Below are positions 60,518 through 64,000 of a DNA stretch of 64,000 bases, piece after piece; the first letter of the stretch is position 1; each line of letters opens with the position of its first letter. The position numbers were made by a program, and so were the translations under genes. This DNA comes from a virus (taxonomy: Duplodnaviria; Caudoviricetes). The notes below the pieces were generated by a model, which worked only from the letters and a program-made list of their open reading frames with translations, was not told the origin of the DNA and searched no databases. The stretch covers positions 64,001-128,000 of the IMG/VR virus record IMGVR_UViG_3300013426_000016, one strand, 5' to 3'.

Positions 60518-63500
60518 CTACTTAAAGAAAGAATCACGTGTCTCTGAACCCATCATGATCACTGATCTATATGGGTTAAACACAGCCACGCTTGCATAGC
60601 CCCAGTCAATGTATTTAACGCCAGCTACAGGAGAGGAAACAACTCCTCCTTGGAGTCCTGTAGCTCCACCTCATTTTACATTTTAATTATTTCTAATTAA
60701 ATCAGACTATATCTTTATCCTATATTCTATTACCGTCTATAGGACATTTCCCGTTTCCATCATTTAGATGTACTCTACTCCATTACTTCTTTTAAGATTT
60801 GCTTAAAAGTACTGTTTCGATAGTCGTTGAACTTTCGGTAGAGCTTCGTAATACGCTTGCATATCCTACCGCTTAGCTGCTGATTATCCAATCTTTAACA
60901 TTTTCACCTTTTAGGTAGTTAAAGCTATAAGGAACTCCCAGCAATTAGAGAAATTATTTTTTCTTAGTATTACTACTAAGTGGCGCAAGTGGTTTAGTTT
61001 ACGCCATTTACAATGTTCTGGATCAAATCTCCACCCTTAAAGGTGAAGTAACCGAGTGCAGGACGGCCCGTAGCTGCATCAGCAGTAAGGTCGATGATTG
61101 CACCAAACGCACGGTTAGGGAACTCTACATCAAAGCTCCTATCAAGCTTAACAAGAAGTGTGTTCTTTATTATTAACTATAATTATTTCTAATTATACTA
61201 GACTATATCTTTAACTTTCTTCTTTTACCGTTGAAAGTCATTTCCTGTTTCCATTATTAAAAAATGTACTCTACTGATTCTTTTTTAATATTTCTTTAAA
61301 AAAGAAATTTTCGATAGTCGTTGAACTTTCCCCACGTATAAAAGATACAGAGGGGCTTAGCTGCTGATTGACCAATCTTTATAATTTTTAAGCATTCACA
61401 CCTAATGTTTCCATTTATGTTATAGCTTATAAAGCTTAAGGTTTTTCCAGCAATTAAGGAAATTTATTATAAATAGATTTCTCTATTTAGGTGGCAACAC
61501 ATTTTACCACCATACTCGTAAGCAGAATACGTAGCTCCGAGCTTAATGTAGCCATTCTTTTCTTTAGAGTACAGGAAGGCGTTGTCAGACTTGTGCTCTA
61601 CAACCCACTTACCCATTACACTCTGCCACTGATTATAGAAGAAAGTGTTGCACATTAAAATGTACGTATTCCCTTGTGCCTTCTCAGACTTAGCGGACAT
61701 GGCCATAAGAGCCTTCTCAAAATAATCAATGGTAAGTTTGTTAAATACAAACTTGGTAGCGAAACGCTCTACCTGCGGTATTACCAATTTGTTAATATAG
61801 CATTGTTTATATGCTATTTCTTATACTTTTATTCGCATAAGATCAGACTATATCTTCACCTATATAGGTGACTCTTGTTCGTGAAGTTATATTATTCTTC
61901 TGGAGACATTAGTTTATATTCAAACTCGGGAAGTATATAAGGCCTTAATAAAGAAGACCATTTTCTACCTTCTCTAGTTCTACATTTTAAATAATATCTA
62001 ATTTCTCCTTTTTTATTTAGTTTTTTAATCGGATAAAAATTTATATCATATTTCTCTTTAAAGAAATCTATAATATTTTGGGTGTCTTCTGGATTAGTCA
62101 TAGTATAAAAATAGAAAGAATGAGAACGGATTTTTTTAGTTCCTTTATAATAGTCTTTTGCATGACTACCATCATCCATCCATCATAGAGCAATTGCTTC
62201 TGGAGTTAAATAGTTTAGCATTTTTCTACTAAACCTCTTTTCTCCACTTTTATATATCCATTTATATAATATTCTAAAATACCTATGCCCTTTACTTATT
62301 TTATAGGTATCTTTTTTTATTCTATGATATATACTTGGAAGTTTTCCACCTAATAAGGTAACAAGTAAGTTAGCCTTATATTCAAGGTAACTTTTTTGCT
62401 TACTTCCATGCTCTATTTCTAAAGCAACACCACTGTGAGCATTTAAATGCCCATCTCCTAAAATTAATCCAATTAAAAGTGCTTTTTTTCGTTTATCCAT
62501 ATAAAATGATAGTAATTACAATAATATAACTCTAGTCGTTACACCTTCCTTATATAAGGCTTGGCTCGGTATTCTCATCGCAGAGTTCACCGAATTAAAG
62601 AGTTTTTGCATAACTGATTTCTCAGTTAAGCGGCATAAAGTTTACCGTCCGTAGAAATGAGCGGCCTACCAATCTCGTCATAGCGTTAGACTATATCTTA
62701 TTCTATAAAGACTGTATATCTGATGTATTTCCATAAAAATATCTTCATCTTAAATTCTTACAAGTTTTACTTTTACCTTCTATAACATTATAAATAGGCC
62801 CCGGAGTTATATTCATATACTCAGCAGCTTCTTTAACATTTGTAAAAGATTTTATAAACTTGCCTTCTAAAGTATAAGATGCACAAGCTGTATTTTTCTT
62901 AGAGGCTCTTAAAGCAAATCTTTTCTTATAACTTCAAAAATAACCTCCAGCCTGTATTTGTTTATCCACACAAACTGCAAATATAGATTTATATGAAATG
63001 CCAGTTTGTCTGTCAGCCTCATGTAAAGACTTGTAATAAGTTATATAATTTCCTTGTAAATCAAACTGATAAACAACTTTTTCTCTGTTTTTACAAGGAG
63101 ATATGCTTTCAGTACTTCCCGTGAAAAACCTTCACTGAAAATCTTTGCATTTCCTTTCTTTTAAGCAAGCATCTCCAATACCACTTTTAGAAATACCTGT
63201 TTCTCTGGAAGCTTCGGAAATAGAGTTTCAAGTTTTTATAAAGTTACCTTCCAAATCATACTGATTAACTTGTTTTTCACTTACAGAAGAAGGAACTTTT
63301 CCTCCTAAACAACTATTATAAACATCTTTTCTCTTTATAAATTCTCTATTTACCAATTCGGCTTCTTTCTTATATGCTGCTATTTTACCCTTCTCTGTAC
63401 CAGGAAATTCATATAAAGTTTCCCTTACAAAATTATTTATTCCATATTTAATAACAGCTTTCTGAAAAACAGTAGAGTGTTTTTGCTTTAAATCTCCTTT

Positions 63501-64000
63501 ACAGGAAATTCCACAGCCTATATAACCATCGAAATCATCAGAAAGAGTACCGTGTACTCCTATATATATTTTACCATTTATGGTATTTGTTGTCTTGTAT
63601 ACTATATATTTTAGCATTAGATCTGAACTTTTAGTCGTTGAACATTTTCCTCTATGAGGAACCTTTGCTGCTGATTATCTAAATATTATTTTTTTCAGAC
63701 TTTCACACTTACTAAAAAGTTATGTTGTAGTAAATAATATATAAAGAACTCCCAGCAATTTGAACAGTTTTTAACTATACATTACTGCATAGAAAGACCT
63801 ATGATTGATCTTGGGCTTCCCGTCAGCCGAAACGTTGCCCTTACCCCAGGTAAGAGAATTGTTACGAGCTTCCATGAAGTTGTCAAGACAATCCTTTTCA
63901 GCAGGATTCATCTTGTAAACATGATCAGTAGATTCGTTACCTTTACCTATCTTAATGAAAACATCTTCCATACCAGCGTACTTAGCAGACATATCCACAT
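60518..64000 (-). CDS. Major capsid protein, 5'-partial; exons >64000-63808, 62683-62644, 61784-61506, 61164-61001, 60671-60518
   Basis: Spliced product ...DGKPKI-YDEIGRPLISTDG-VIPQVERF...AYEYGG-NTLLVKLDR...NIVNGV-GGATG...RDSFFK* is continuous; exon phases add up; biased codons; position at the head of the structural module. Confidence 0.88.
60672..61000 (-). mobile_element. Group I intron D of MCP (329 nt, ORF-less)
   Basis: P1 TGGCGT/GCGCCA; AATTGCTGG, AATCAGCAGC, TTCAACGACTA, AAGATATAGTCT; terminal G. Confidence 0.9.
61165..61505 (-). mobile_element. Group I intron C of MCP (341 nt, ORF-less)
   Basis: P1 GGTGGT/GCCACC; same core elements; P7.1/7.2-type insertion (IA-like); terminal G. 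Confidence 0.9.
61785..62643 (-). mobile_element. Group I intron B of MCP (859 nt), LAGLIDADG-encoding
   Basis: P1 CGGT/GCCG; GTAACGACTA, P8 CACCTATATAGGTG, AAGATATAGTCT; ORF enclosed by the GAGTTATATTATT/AATAATATAACTT stem. Confidence 0.9.
61892..62500 (-). CDS. Intron-encoded LAGLIDADG homing endonuclease, 202 aa
   Basis: LIGLILGDG and AIAL(W)WMDDGS, with TGA 62183 at the conserved Trp. Confidence 0.9.
62684..63807 (-). mobile_element. Group I intron A of MCP (1124 nt), GIY-YIG-encoding
   Basis: P1 AAGAT/GTCTT, P10 CATAG/CTATG; AATTGCTGG, AATCAGCAGC, TTCAACGACTA, AAGATATAGTCTAACG end. Confidence 0.88.
62703..63617 (-). CDS. Intron-encoded GIY-YIG homing endonuclease with three NUMOD1-like repeats, 304 aa
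   Basis: IVYKTTNTINGKIYIGVH; repeats VNQYDLEGNFIKT, VYQFDLQGNYITY, ASYTLEGKFIKS; four in-frame TGA; TAG at 62703. Confidence 0.88.

Noticed and set aside
61467-61787. ORFs 61467-61787 and 63771-63998 as independent small genes
   Set aside because: They are MCP exons running a few codons into introns.

Overview
A 64-kb, AT-rich slice of a crAss-like phage (Crassvirales, Bacteroidota host inferred) that reads TGA as Trp. Most of the fragmentation in the supplied ORF track comes from translating with the standard code. Rejoined in frame across about 38 TGA codons (hand count), the pieces form intact genes that all end in TAA or TAG. The + strand (1-14513) is a nucleotide-metabolism and RNA-repair block: nrdD split by one intein and two group I introns with HNH genes, nrdG, an FTR-like Fe-S protein, dUTPase, RNA ligase, Pnk, thioredoxin, ThyX and a dNMP kinase. 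The - strand (14557-64000) is the virion module. It holds a major capsid gene split by four group I introns, ring, tail and IHF-like genes, and giant ejected proteins of about 1565, 2826, 3017 (virion RNA polymerase) and 1543 aa. Inside it sits a cassette of five 21-bp-phased iterons, a tandem winged-helix Rep-like gene, a GIY-YIG nuclease fused to a Rep-like tandem HTH, and a candidate sRNA. The best novelty candidates are that cassette, head-to-tail terminal cysteines on the giant cargo proteins, recurring peptide motifs in cargo proteins, a P9-less intron, and TGA-saturated homing endonuclease genes. No database searches were run; product calls rest on motif recognition.
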